Below the pieces are notes generated by a model. That model saw only the letters and a program-made list of their open reading frames with translations, was not told where the DNA came from and ran no database searches. From an uncultured virus (IMG/VR IMGVR_UViG_3300020020_000004) (lineage: Duplodnaviria > Heunggongvirae > Uroviricota > Caudoviricetes): DNA of 64,000 nt. Of the stretch, positions 48,964 through 60,321 are shown piece after piece. Each line of letters opens with the position of its first letter. Position 1 is the stretch's first letter. A program made the position numbers and the translations under genes. Location of the stretch: the IMG/VR virus record IMGVR_UViG_3300020020_000004; one strand, given 5' to 3'.

Positions 48964-49660
48964 CTTAGTCTCCTTATATGACTGTGGGATTTCTTACTCA
49001 GTGTTCTTTTTGATTTTCCAGACCGCTTGGTGGTAGTGAATAGACAACCATCCAGCTTTTCTTACACTGACTAGTTTTCTGCGGAATTTTTCTTTTGATC
49101 ACAAGCCCTCGCGCTACAAGCGTCTCGAGGGTCTTTCGCATGTCGGAATACCCCATCCAGGTCCACTCCGACTGTGTGGTCCACGATCCGTGGATATTGA
49201 GTGCCTTCAACACCATCATTTGGGTGTGTCCGATAGGCCTCATGCTGATCTCTTCTTCAAAATGGCGTCCATCAGAAGACCGATGGCATAAGACTTGATG
49301 CATGGGTCCTTGTCGACAAACCACACGAACCGCTTGCACGCTGGATAGTATGCAAGCGTCACATTGCCCCGGGAGGCCTTTCCGGTCTTACTTCCAGCGA
49401 CACCCTTGCTGGAGTTTCGCATGGCTTCGGACTTGAGCGATATTACGATAGGTGGCTCAGGCTTCACTTCAATCCCCACAGATCAATCTGCTGCTCCTGA
49501 AGTGTCTTCCACTGTGTGGCTCCACCGTCGTGAAAGGACTCCATGTGGCGATCGTACGCGGCCTCTGCTGCATTTTCGGTACACGACTTGCAGATAAGTT
49601 CCCCGTAGTCGTTCGGAGGAAGATTACAGGGGCAGGCACACTTTTCGCAGGGAGGGGTCA

Positions 49661-50023
49661 TTAGTCGGTTCCTTCTGGTTTCAATTTCGTGGTGTAGCCA
49701 ATCTCGGTTGACTTGCTATCGAACACCTCAGCTATAGCTTCACCAAGTTGGAAGCCGAGCGACTGTGCTATCAAGTCAAGATAGACACCAGTATCGCCAA
49801 TCTCCTTGCGCAACTTCGCACGAAGTACATCGTCGGCTTCCTTGTTTCCAGGAATGCCATCGCGTGAGCGATTGAGTTTCTTAGCGATGTTGGCCGCTTC
49901 GCCAAGTTCCCCCATGATTGCAACAAACCAGTCGCTAGTTGACCAACCAGATAATGGATGATTGAAACCATCCTGCGATTCACAACGCGCGCGATTGGCC
50001 TTGCTGAATTCTTCGAACGTCAT
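49661..50023 (-). CDS. MazG-like nucleotide pyrophosphohydrolase
   Basis: GELGEAANIAKK...RKEIGDTGVYL (ExGE...EIGD). Confidence 0.75.
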   Translation of the reverse strand: MTFEEFSKANRARCESQDGFNHPLSGWSTSDWFVAIMGELGEAANIAKKLNRSRDGIPGNKEADDVLRAKLRKEIGDTGVYLDLIAQSLGFQLGEAIAEVFDSKSTEIGYTTKLKPEGTD

Positions 50024-50028
50024 CTTGT

Positions 50029-51896
50029 TTATCTCCCGTCGATGTCTGAAGGTTCTGAAGCACGAAGTTTGCTGATTTCGTCTTCCCATTGTTGCCCCGC
50101 CTTCGGATGCCTATTTGGCATTGACGCGGAACTCTGTAGATCCTTGAACAACTCCGTGGTCTTCCCACAGAACGTCACATAGGCGCTGATCGTATCTGTG
50201 ACCTCAAGTGTGCGCTCGCCAATGTCGCGCTCGAACTTGAGGCCCAGCTGGCGGATGTTCTCTGCCATTGCGAGCGCCTGCTCAACTACAGCTTTGATAT
50301 CCGTGACCATGCGATCGGCGGACGTCCGCACAGCGTCGGTAGTCAGGTTAGCGATTTTTTCGTTATCTGTCATTACGATCTCCGGGTTGCCTTGTCATAG
50401 AGGTGAGGTATGCAGTATTTGACTAAATCTAATGTCGCCGTTACGGATAGAGTTGTCTCGCAGATGATTGTTCCATCCGCGCGATATGAAAAGATGTGCA
50501 GACCAACTGCCGGATCGTCACAGAATGTGACGTCATAGTGATCGGCCTTCTCGACCTCGGGACCAGAAGGTCGGTAGTCGAATTCCATTTTTGTCACCGG
50601 CTTATACTTTATGATAATAGTCGAGTACCATTTCTATGCTGCACGATTGTCTGATACCTTTATCTCCCATCTTAACAAGATGAGTGACACCATGACCCAT
50701 CAACATGCGTAGAACCGTTGCACCGTTTGATGTAGTTTGCAGTTCTTTACCCAGATTGATCCATTTAACTTCGATATCAGTCATCTGCAACTCGTCTTGA
50801 CGACGCTCCCTGAACGATAACTACGACATTGCGAATAGAAATCCTTGCCGGAGCAACTTGTGATGCTTACTGAACCGCTACGGCGCGTAGTGCAGCTGGC
50901 TGCCTCACTAGGGTTCGGCAGCAGAAATGCTGTGAGCAATATTAACGTTGCTGCAATTCTTTTCATCTTTAACTTCGGGCGCTTTCTAGGCAATACTGTA
51001 CAAACTCGTCCTACGAATTGACTGAATCCCGCCTCGGAATTAGCAAGACGAGTAATGTTATCTCGATCGACTGCAATGAACATTCGAGATATAATCACCC
51101 CCCGCTGAATCTTATCTGCCACATTCTGGGCGGCATATTGCGCAGCTATCTTGTTGGCGAAGAATCGTTTCTCCCCTGCGTCTAGATAGTAGAGGTTCAT
51201 TGCTTACTCCCGTTTAGCTTGACGGTAACACATTATTGCACGTTACACAGCAGATGTCAAGGGCGAGCTTTCCTCGGCCGAATAATGATATCCACCTCAG
51301 TTCCCGGTTCAAGATCCTTTGGTTTCTCACTCCCAACAAAGAGAGATTCGTAACTGCCCTCGAAATTCACGAACCATCCTATCTTTTGAGATGTAAGTAT
51401 CGCAGTACCTGTTGCGTCTTTCTTACCGTGAGTGATGATTTGTTTCTCTTCGAGCTTCACTACACGGGTAGGGATTCGAATAGTCATACTTCCCCACTCC
51501 AGATCTTATCTAAATGTTCATAATCTTTTTCGATGTGAGTAGGCAACGAGCCCAGTTTCATCCACATCTCATAATGTTTGTTGACTTGGTAAAGTAGATA
51601 AAAATATCGAATATGTCTTATGATTATCCAGCGTTTCATTTTCTGAATCCCTTACAGGCTAACTTCACCGAGCGGGGATCATCTGCGCGACCTGCGGTAC
51701 TAATACCAACACGCAGATCGCATTTCGGACATTCAATGATATAATACCCAATCCGTTTTGCAGGATAGGGTAACATGACAAGGCACATTTCTTTTTGGCC
51801 CCTAGACATATCAAGATCAATGCCAAGAGGATATTTCGGATCGGGTTTACCCTTAGGATCCGCTTTACTGTCGACCCATTGAATTCTGTGATTCAT
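50029..51896 (-). other. Small hypothetical genes (50029-50373, 50373-50597, 50602-50790, 50781-51200, 51257-51487, 51636-51896)
   Basis: Tightly packed co-directional ORFs. Confidence 0.55.
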
Positions 51897-52087
51897 TGGC
51901 GTGGTTCCAATGAGTCGCTCTCTTCTAAGCAGAGCTTGCCACAAGTGACAAGACCCACTACTGTGGCATTGAAATCCTTTCCATCAATCTTAGCCATTTC
52001 AATGATTTCATTGAACAGCTTAGGTGGAAAACGAACAGCGATTTGTTTCTTACCGTCGCCTCTGATTATTCCAACTGGGTATTTCAT
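51893..52087 (-). CDS. Arc-like ribbon-helix-helix protein
   Basis: QIAVRFPPKLFNEIIEMAK.DGKDFNATVV. Confidence 0.6.
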   Translation of the reverse strand: MKYPVGIIRGDGKKQIAVRFPPKLFNEIIEMAKIDGKDFNATVVGLVTCGKLCLEESDSLEPRQ

Positions 52088-54527
52088 CTTCTGCATCTCC
52101 ATTTATATCTTCCTACATAGACTTTACGCATACCATGGGCACTACAAACTCCAGATCGAGTTTGTCTGTATCTGGTTCTTCTGTGGGGCCTCGCGACGTC
52201 TTGTATCGGAGGCTCAATTTCTTGTGGCGGGAGTGCAACCTCTTTAACCGCCACTGGTTCTCGAGTAATTGGAATAGTTCTTACAATAGTTATTTTCGGT
52301 GGAGAGTCAATGACGCTACTCGGCGTATTGCCCCATCTCTCTTGGAGTGTGGCATATGCTTTTCGCGGTGGTTCCTTCCTGACGAAAGTTATACCCCAGG
52401 AGATAAGAGCGGCAATGAATACCGCAACAATGGGGTAGATAAGTTTTGTCAATGTACCCGACCTGACCCACTCTGTCGAATCTGGTGACGAATTTCTGTT
52501 GCAGCCTTATCGTCGGCATCTTCTTTGGACATGCCGGCAGCTATCATTTCTCGTTTGCGTTTCTCGAACTCTGCAAACCAGACTTCGAGTTCGGACATCG
52601 ATTTTAGTTTGTTCATGTTTTCTCTCCGTTACTGTTCCCAATCAATTGGAATAACATCTTGCGAGCATAAGCGGATGTAAAAGCAGATTCCTGTTGAAAT
52701 AGAATGGAATCTTCAAAGTTTCTATCTGCAAGATGCGTTGCTGCCCATCGTGAATAACTGGCTGCTACTTCTTGAAGATGGATAAGTAGATTGCAGCTAT
52801 CTTCCTCGCTCATTTCTTTTCCAACTCTTGGATTGCTCATTCGATGTCGCCAAGTGTTATCTCTTGACGACCGTTAAGTTTTGCTCGATGTTGGATTAAT
52901 CGCAACGCACGGAGTACAGCGAGGATCTCTGAAGATAGATTAATTTGATGGCTCATGATCCGGTCATTTCTCAGGATCGATTGTGTACTCGCTTTTGTCA
53001 CTCACGTTGACGTAGTTCCTGTCTGCGTCGTCGAGACCACAATTACCTCGCTCTCTGTGTTTCTCGCAGAAACATCTGATCTTGATCATCTGCGACTCGG
53101 ACTTGTGGCCAGCATTGCAGTAGTTGGCTAGCTTGCGATAAGTGATTGTTGCCTTCTCGGAGCATCCCTCTTGGTCACAGATGTCTCCTTCACCTGCAAA
53201 TGACGCCTTTCCGTTGTCGGTGGCGTCGTAATAGACCGCAGATGCATAAGCACATGCCATCTCAACATTGCGGAATGATCTTGTAACAATGACTCTCCCG
53301 TTACGGAGAAGCTCGATGACTGCGGAGATGCGCCACTCGTCACCGCTCAGCTCGCTCTCCTTCCAACGGGGGATGGTCCTGATCTTCACCTCGTCAAAGG
53401 CTTGGGCATTCGGTTTGATATCTCGCCACGGCTTTGTCATTGATCTCTCTTTCGTTACATTGAAGTGGGAAGCGCACCGACCGTGTGCGCCCGCGCGAGT
53501 ATTGCGTGAGGGTGATCATCCTTTGCCCACTCGTCTCCCCACATAATCATCCGTTCGCGGGCGGCATCAAGCTCACGAAACTTTGCAGCAATTTCCATGA
53601 CTTGAGCTTTAGTGGCCCCAATCTTTTTCAACGCAGCGGTCACTTCGCGTTTTAGACGAGCGATCTTCTGGCTGCGACGTGTCTCTTTCATTTCACAACC
53701 TCTTCCACTAGCTCGTAGACCTGGAAAGTATAGACCGTATCAATTGCTGGCTCATCGAAGATGTATTCGCACGTCGGGTTTTGGTTTCCAATATATGGAC
53801 CCCATTTGTGCCAGCGCCATCCACCCTTATGAGATTGTTGTTTCTTATCGATCCTGACACAGACGAGAACAAGTTTCTCTGATCTCTCATTGAGAGCATA
53901 GGTGCTCACAACTTGACTAGGAGTATCGCAAACTCCATAATCGGGAAACGGAAGTTCCTCTACGTCGTCTTCTTTCCACCGCTCACGGAACTTGACACCG
54001 AGTTGATCGACCGACCAGTGTGTGGTCAAGTATATACCCTGCGCGATACGCTCTGGAATAAGATTCGGTCCACCTATGATGGAAAGAATCATGCCAATGT
54101 GAGACGGAGGTTGACGAAATTCTACATCGACAAGCATCTTAACGCCCCGTTCTTCTTGCCATTAAAAGTCCCTCGAGAAAGAGGGCAGCTTTGATCACAT
54201 TTCTCGCATCACCCGCTTTAAGAGCGATTGCAATGTACTCGTCATTGTTTCGTCTCTCATCAACTGTACTTGCTATCACATCCACGGCCGGGCGAATAAG
54301 AACAAGTAGTTCTGTAATTGTATCGACGTCCATAACTGTCATTTGATTTTCTCATAAATGAATGGAAACAAGATGGCGTCTGGCGAGTTACAGTTCACCG
54401 ACATACCGCACGATCTACATTCGAATCGTTCAGACTTGTCCATGTAGGTTCCGGAAACCCCATGCGCTTCGTCAATCATATGACGATACTCAGCAACTCC
54501 GCAACCTTGGCATTTTGGATAGGTCAC
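52084..54527 (-). other. Small hypothetical genes (52084-52452 membrane-anchored, 52613-52840, 52964-53440, 53455-53691, 53688-54137, 54139-54342, 54339-54527)
   Basis: Coupled ORFs; several Zn-finger-like Cys motifs. Confidence 0.55.
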
Positions 54528-54800
54528 TTAAGTGATCCTGTATTCGTCATTCTGGGGCGGCGGAACTACAGTTTTTCCATTGAACATCATAGCTAGTGCT
54601 GTTCGATTTTTCGTTCCGGTCTTAGTATAGGTCGTGTGTAATAACATCTTAACAGTTCCTTCGGCAACACTCATCAATTTTGCTATCTCTTTATTAGACA
54701 GCCCTTTGATGAGATGCTCGACAACTTCGCGCTGACGCGGTGTCAACTGTCCAATATTCGTAAGGGGACAGTCACGACACGGCCTCTCTATTGAGCCCAT
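54528..54800 (-). CDS. Stand-alone LuxR/GerE-type HTH regulator
   Basis: LTPRQREVV..L.KGLSNKEIAKLM.VAEGTVK.LL...Y.K.G.KNRT.L. Confidence 0.85.
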   Translation of the reverse strand: MGSIERPCRDCPLTNIGQLTPRQREVVEHLIKGLSNKEIAKLMSVAEGTVKMLLHTTYTKTGTKNRTALAMMFNGKTVVPPPQNDEYRIT

Positions 54801-54829
54801 AACAAACCTCCCAACTTATGTTGATCATA

Positions 54830-55261
54830 TTAAGTCCCCTTTCGATGTATTCGACGTCCAAGTCTACGTGACTCTTCGTGAGACAAACCTTTTATCCCAA
54901 CCTGGTTAGCTGGCGGCATGCGCGGATGCGGAAAGTGAGTATCTTTCCATAGGTGGAGCACATAAGGGTGATTGTTGATGTGGTCTTCTTTAGGCACATG
55001 ATATTGAATAACTAATTCATTCTCTTCCCAGAATAGATCTTTAATGAAACACATTTCTTCCCAATTCGGACATCTTCTTTCGGTGCTCACACTAACATGT
55101 TCCCAACCGTGTGCATCCGGATGTTCAGCACCATTAGATATGATTCGTAATGACGTGCCGCAGGGACCCATCAATTGAAATGCGCCTGCCAGCTCCGATT
55201 TAGGATAACCGTAGCCCTCGAGACGTGCTGTCTTAAGTTTCGTCGGAACTACCCTACGCAT
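54830..55261 (-). CDS. Conserved phage protein (DUF7694-like)
   Basis: GWEHVSVS..RRCPNWEEMCFIKDLFW...QYH.PK..HIN.HPYVLHLW; start uncertain. Confidence 0.65.
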   Translation of the reverse strand: MRRVVPTKLKTARLEGYGYPKSELAGAFQLMGPCGTSLRIISNGAEHPDAHGWEHVSVSTERRCPNWEEMCFIKDLFWEENELVIQYHVPKEDHINNHPYVLHLWKDTHFPHPRMPPANQVGIKGLSHEESRRLGRRIHRKGT

Positions 55262-55478
55262 GGCGTTTATTCCAATTCGCTGCTGCTTCAACTCGACGCG
55301 CGTAGCCAATTGAGTTTGTGTATCCGACTGGACATTCATCCTTGACATCTCGGCAATAAACGTACCAGGACGCAAGATCTCCACTCATGTCATGTTCGAA
55401 TGAACATGGTGAACCACAGAATGGGCATGGTAATAGTTCGCCGGGTTCGGCTTCGATGATCACCCGTTCTGCGGCCAT
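55254..55478 (-). CDS. Lar-family restriction alleviation-like Zn-finger protein
   Basis: ELLPCPFCG...WYVYC...C...EAAANWNKR. Confidence 0.7.
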   Translation of the reverse strand: MAAERVIIEAEPGELLPCPFCGSPCSFEHDMSGDLASWYVYCRDVKDECPVGYTNSIGYARRVEAAANWNKRHA

Positions 55479-55534
55479 AGGCTTGTGCTCCGTTAGCCGC
55501 ACAGTATATGTAGATCTGCCTGTTGATGCAAGCT

Positions 55535-55975
55535 TTATTTTTGGAGGGTGGCTTTTACCCACCCGGTAAACCAAATCCGAAAAGTATCCCAATCGATTTC
55601 TGCAATAGCCTGCATCTGGTGACCCTCGGGAAGGGGCATTGAGATGTAGGTTCTAACTCGCCACGGTTTCTTGTTCTGTCTATAAATAAGAACAGGAATT
55701 GCATTGTCTCGTTTTGCAGACGTCTCACATTGCTTCCACCAAGTATTGACACTAAGTGTCTCTTGCCGTTTAACTTCGACTGAGAGACCATAACAACCAA
55801 TAAGATCAGAACCCCCAATAGCTGTCTGTATCTGATTCCTCTGGATGGTCGACATACCCTGAAGACACTCTTCTCTCGTATAACCTAATTCCGTCATTGC
55901 GAGGTAGATACAATAGTTCATTGCATCTGCAACCTCGCGCTCTCCCGTCTTCCCCTTGTTGACAATGTGAATCAT
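55535..55975 (-). CDS. Holliday-junction resolvase-like PD-(D/E)XK nuclease
   Basis: NKGKTGERE...GGSDL...VEVKRQE...PVLIYRQNKKPW. Confidence 0.75.
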   Translation of the reverse strand: MIHIVNKGKTGEREVADAMNYCIYLAMTELGYTREECLQGMSTIQRNQIQTAIGGSDLIGCYGLSVEVKRQETLSVNTWWKQCETSAKRDNAIPVLIYRQNKKPWRVRTYISMPLPEGHQMQAIAEIDWDTFRIWFTGWVKATLQK

Positions 55976-56106
55976 TTGCGGGGTCCCCTATGCTGTAGCT
56001 TGTGTTTTTGATAGCCCCTTGGGGCGGCTGCGGGGCGGCTGTAGCGAGTTCAAATAGCTTGCCGCCGCCAGTGTATCGGGGGCTTTCTCAGTGGCTGTAC
56101 AGCCAT

Positions 56107-58188
56107 TTAAATTGGTTTCCCTTTAACCGTCAGCTGGTGACCTTTATTAAATTCGAATTCTTTTATAACTACATTTGGTTCTGTCAACTTAAGATATGTC
56201 TCCCAACTTATTGCTCCAATATCCCATAGAATACGTTGTGCCTCCTTAATATACCATTCATAGTTTATGTCGGTAGGGAGAGAGTCTGGAAGTACCATTA
56301 GTTCCCGAGCTCCGTCAGAACGAGGTACTTTGTTACCTGAAATAACATAGACTAATTCCCCCTCGACTCCCGTTGCATAATACCATCTAATAGCGCGACC
56401 GATATATTCGTTCCCTGCGGGCTGAACCCTCGCAGCGCCCCCGCGTACATTGCGGACACTGACAAACTTCGTTATATCTACACAAGCCCGGATTGTGGTT
56501 TCCAATGGAATTCCCTTAATGAGATAATCAATCACCGCATCTAAACAGACAGTTGCCGTCGGATTCTTATGCAGTTTCTGTTCAGGTTGTTCGGGTTTCG
56601 CATAAGCTCCCTTAGATTTGGTTTTTCCATCCATTTTGATTGCGATGTAGTTATTAACGTCTCTGGAATAGAGAGCTTTGAACTCAGATCCCTCAGTTTC
56701 AAAACGAGTATCAAATTCCCAGGTCTTAACGATCTCATTCATTTTGGCTTGAAGAGGGCGAGGACACTTAATCACAATACCATCTGTGTTGGCGCTGACA
56801 ACACGAATCCCCGCAAGCTCCAGACGTTCGATCAGAAGTAGAAGACTTAACTGGCCTGTAAGTGTAACCTGGAATAACAAATCAGGCGAATAGATAATAG
56901 AGTGCATGTTACCCAGCTTGCCGAACGTTCCATTGACTACGATCTTCAAAGACTCAGCGACAGCTTTATTTCCTGCTCGCTTTGCCTCAAGTCGTTTGTT
57001 GACAATGGATCGATATACAGTAAGAAACGCATCGCCCATATGTTGTGGTGTCAGTCCAAGATTCAGAATGATGAATGGATAATAAGATGTCACATCTTTA
57101 TCTAACAGTATAAAATCATTATCGCTCACGTGAGCAGCAGTCTGTTCGGAGCTGTGTAGACCTCCAATTCCCATACGATACACGGAACCATTCATTTCTA
57201 TTGGAAGTTCTTTAATCTCTTTCGGCATTGCGATCGAGCCGGTATAGTCGACAATGAACTCGGCGTTTGCAACAACATTCAAAGCATATTTCATTAAGTC
57301 CGATTGGAAGTTAAGATAATAAGGAACCTTATATTTATAGATTGTACCGACTTCAACTTTAGGTCTGGTTGGGAAGCGCCCTGTAATTCTTTTGAGTTCT
57401 TTATTGATGACAGCTTCTGCAATTTGTGCGTCAGATTTCGAACGCAGATCTACGTTGAACTCATTGCTCAATTCGTAACGTAGTTCGATCTGTTCCTTCA
57501 GGCATTCACGAAGGAGTTGGGTGTTGAGAGTATCGTTTACGCAATACCAACGAACAATGATAATCTGATCTTCGCTTAGAACAGTATCCGGATGGAATGG
57601 AAGATCTTGCATCTTTTTTGCATGGAGTCTTCCAGCATATGTTTTCAGACTTGCGAACAGCGGAGCAACTTCGATTAAGTCGATATGATTAACACCGAAC
57701 TTCTTAATCCTATATCTATGATGAATCTCATAAGGACTTACATTAAGTTTGATTAGAGCATCCGAGATCTCTTTTACGAATTCGGTCGATAAGCCTTCAC
57801 AGACACAATAACAGATTGTCAGATCGTACGAGATAGAATTGAATCCGATCGTAAGACAATTCGCCATGATCCAACGCAACCCGTGTTTATATTCGGATTG
57901 CGTAGAATCTAGATAGAATACTTTACCCGAAACCACATGGGTAAACACTGCGAGGAAATAGTTCGAGAATACTTCTACGTCGACTATAAGTTCTTCTTGC
58001 TTTACAGAGATGTCAAGCAGTTCTTCATAGGTCAATAGCTGGACGGGAAATGCTCGGGCTTCTTCAAGTCCGGGCAAATGATCGAGCCAAGTTTGTTCAG
58101 GAGGAGTACGCTTCTCCCGTTGGATCTTTTCCTTCGGGGGCGGTGGCGTGTCATCCCAAAAGAGACCCTCGACGGGATTGCGCGGCAT
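56107..58188 (-). CDS. Family B DNA polymerase with 3'-5' exonuclease
   Basis: VDVEV, GFNSISYD, YCVND exo motifs; DVTSYYP, KIVVNGTFGK, NTDGI polymerase motifs. Confidence 0.92.
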   Translation of the reverse strand: MPRNPVEGLFWDDTPPPPKEKIQREKRTPPEQTWLDHLPGLEEARAFPVQLLTYEELLDISVKQEELIVDVEVFSNYFLAVFTHVVSGKVFYLDSTQSEYKHGLRWIMANCLTIGFNSISYDLTICYCVCEGLSTEFVKEISDALIKLNVSPYEIHHRYRIKKFGVNHIDLIEVAPLFASLKTYAGRLHAKKMQDLPFHPDTVLSEDQIIIVRWYCVNDTLNTQLLRECLKEQIELRYELSNEFNVDLRSKSDAQIAEAVINKELKRITGRFPTRPKVEVGTIYKYKVPYYLNFQSDLMKYALNVVANAEFIVDYTGSIAMPKEIKELPIEMNGSVYRMGIGGLHSSEQTAAHVSDNDFILLDKDVTSYYPFIILNLGLTPQHMGDAFLTVYRSIVNKRLEAKRAGNKAVAESLKIVVNGTFGKLGNMHSIIYSPDLLFQVTLTGQLSLLLLIERLELAGIRVVSANTDGIVIKCPRPLQAKMNEIVKTWEFDTRFETEGSEFKALYSRDVNNYIAIKMDGKTKSKGAYAKPEQPEQKLHKNPTATVCLDAVIDYLIKGIPLETTIRACVDITKFVSVRNVRGGAARVQPAGNEYIGRAIRWYYATGVEGELVYVISGNKVPRSDGARELMVLPDSLPTDINYEWYIKEAQRILWDIGAISWETYLKLTEPNVVIKEFEFNKGHQLTVKGKPI

Positions 58189-58189
58189 C

Positions 58190-58441
58190 TTAGCCCAGTA
58201 CTGTCCGGGTTGCGTCCTTCAGCTCTTGAACTGCTTTCGAGTATTCTTCTTTGGACATATCGTATGCTTGATGTGCCCGTTCCAAGGCTCGTTCATCCGC
58301 AGCAAATTTCTTTCGAGCTGCAATTAGATTGTCCTGGATAGTTCCGAGATCAACTGACTTGGTCTTGAGTGCCATTGCATCCTCCGTTTGGTTGATAAGT
58401 GACTCTATGTACCCACAGTTACATATTTTCTTATTTGTCAT
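58190..58441 (-). CDS. Small coiled-coil hypothetical protein
   Basis: Between clamp and polymerase; true start may be the internal MALKTK (GGAG RBS). Confidence 0.55.
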   Translation of the reverse strand: MTNKKICNCGYIESLINQTEDAMALKTKSVDLGTIQDNLIAARKKFAADERALERAHQAYDMSKEEYSKAVQELKDATRTVLG

Positions 58442-59394
58442 TATCCACGCATACCAACAATCGCACCACGCAGATTATCTCCAAAGAATAGAATGGGTTG
58501 TGGATAACGTGTGAAATCTGCTGTCTCCGCAACTCCCTCGAGCAGACGAAGCATTTTAATCTGATAGATTCCACCAATGCCTAGACCGTTCACTTCGTAA
58601 CTGGCACCAGTCTCGTCATCTATATGTGTTCTGAGAACCCCGTCTTTAATATGGATGCGAGTTAGATCATCTGAGAAAGCAGTTAGATTATCTAGAGCTG
58701 GAAATAACCGAGGATCAACCGGAACTGGATCACATCTATGATCTAACACCTTACTGATGTCGGGCCACTCTGTGACGTAGAGTTGAGTACGAATCCATCT
58801 ACCACCCGGGTAATGAAAAGTGACAGAGTTATTATCAAGTTGGAGATGAGATGGGGGTTCCCCAACTCGGATCACTTCTTTAACTGCCGACCCTGGAATG
58901 TTAACCACAAATGGGATGTCGATCGCAAGCCAATATTCAATCACGCAGACGTTATTCGTTGCGAAAGCAGATTGACCACGCAATAGAATACCATTAGTCC
59001 AAGGACGGGATGCATCGTTGCCAACGAACGTACTGATCTTATCGAATGCTCTAAATAGTGCTGCGCCATCAATCTGAACAATCTCGCCCGACGGCTCAGG
59101 ATGTGTTGCATCCGTATCCACGGTTTCGATAAAGGCTTTGAAGTTACCACTCTGTACACGAAGACGTTTCTTCTCAGTCAGAGTGAGAACAACTTCCTCT
59201 TCACAGTTGGAGATTGCACGGACCAATGTCTCAGCCTTTGGTACGCATTCCAAGTCCAATGCAATGGGACTGCAGATGGCTAGGTTACCATTGAATGATC
59301 GAACAGTTCCTTTTTCAATACGGAAGTGAGTCATTGCGGGAACAAAATCTTTCTTCGCAACGGCACCTTGTACGAAGCGAAGTTCCTTTAACAT
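58441..59394 (-). CDS. DNA polymerase III beta-like sliding clamp
   Basis: FVGNDASRPWTNGILL...FATNN, QLY..EWPDISKVL, C-terminal GAIVGMR; next to PolB. Confidence 0.8.
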   Translation of the reverse strand: MLKELRFVQGAVAKKDFVPAMTHFRIEKGTVRSFNGNLAICSPIALDLECVPKAETLVRAISNCEEEVVLTLTEKKRLRVQSGNFKAFIETVDTDATHPEPSGEIVQIDGAALFRAFDKISTFVGNDASRPWTNGILLRGQSAFATNNVCVIEYWLAIDIPFVVNIPGSAVKEVIRVGEPPSHLQLDNNSVTFHYPGGRWIRTQLYVTEWPDISKVLDHRCDPVPVDPRLFPALDNLTAFSDDLTRIHIKDGVLRTHIDDETGASYEVNGLGIGGIYQIKMLRLLEGVAETADFTRYPQPILFFGDNLRGAIVGMRG

Positions 59395-60321
59395 CTAAAA
59401 TAGCTCCCTTACTCTACCTTTGTAGATGCCGCCGTTAACTGCGTCGACCATAGCGTTTATAACACCATACGACCACAGATTGTAAGCTGCGCGAGACTCA
59501 TAAACGGTGGACAACCGTTCGTAGGTGAAACCCATATCCTCAAGGTGCTTGAAGATAACATCTTGCTCGATCGGAGACAGTGTAGTGGCGTGCTGACCAG
59601 CGTCGTGTCGTTGTGGACTCTTTGATGAGACGTTGACTGGACCCCATTGTGGTGTCTGGATACCACCGAACGCAGCAGTCTGCACCCAGGAGGATGAGTC
59701 GCAACTATACCAAGGATATGCTTCCATAATTGGAATGGAGGTGATTCCGAATCCGTGTACTTTGAGGCGTGGACGACCACTGCCATCGACTAGATATCTA
59801 TCCCAAATTCTGTCGAGCCATTTCATAAGCTGCGTCGAAGAGCTTCCGACCATACCACCTAGAGTGATGTAGTCGTAGTTCTGAACGTAGTGTTCGAGGT
59901 AACGTTCATCTTCGCCCGCGTGGAAGCAAGGCAACGGACGGACGCCTCTAGCTTCCATTTCGCACTGGTTACGATATGTCTGAAGTGGGTCACCAATGCC
60001 GTCAAGTACGGATGCCATTACGATTCCGTCTTCGACACGTATGATATCTAGATTGCGTTTGATGTACTCGCAATATTCGGCAACCGAAAGATCTACCTTG
60101 AGCGTATAGGCAGAGAACGCTCCTGAGTCAAGAAACACCCGTACCTTATCTTCGCGCATGGCGTCGACAAACTTTTGCTTCCCGACGTAATGATATGATT
60201 CCAGAATGTGCGGGACGGCATCAACTAACCGTTTCTCATTGTCAGTCAAATTCTGATAGCGACCGGAGTTACCTCCAGCACGATATCCGTTGGTGTAAAT
60301 GGCGGCTAAATAAATATGCAT
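59395..60321 (-). CDS. dpdA: DpdA-like DNA-guanine transglycosylase (TGT fold)
   Basis: FLDSGAFSA, ITLGGMV, KVHGFG, SCDSSSW motifs; inside preQ0 cluster. Confidence 0.8.
   Translation of the reverse strand: MHIYLAAIYTNGYRAGGNSGRYQNLTDNEKRLVDAVPHILESYHYVGKQKFVDAMREDKVRVFLDSGAFSAYTLKVDLSVAEYCEYIKRNLDIIRVEDGIVMASVLDGIGDPLQTYRNQCEMEARGVRPLPCFHAGEDERYLEHYVQNYDYITLGGMVGSSSTQLMKWLDRIWDRYLVDGSGRPRLKVHGFGITSIPIMEAYPWYSCDSSSWVQTAAFGGIQTPQWGPVNVSSKSPQRHDAGQHATTLSPIEQDVIFKHLEDMGFTYERLSTVYESRAAYNLWSYGVINAMVDAVNGGIYKGRVRELF

Noticed and set aside
49464..49661. QIDLW near the C-terminus as clamp-binding motif
   Set aside because: Short match in a tiny hypothetical protein; could easily be chance.
59395..60321. 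tRNA-guanine transglycosylase for queuosine tRNA synthesis
   Set aside because: Lacks the TGT zinc-binding motif; no queF/queA or tRNAs; context indicates DNA modification.
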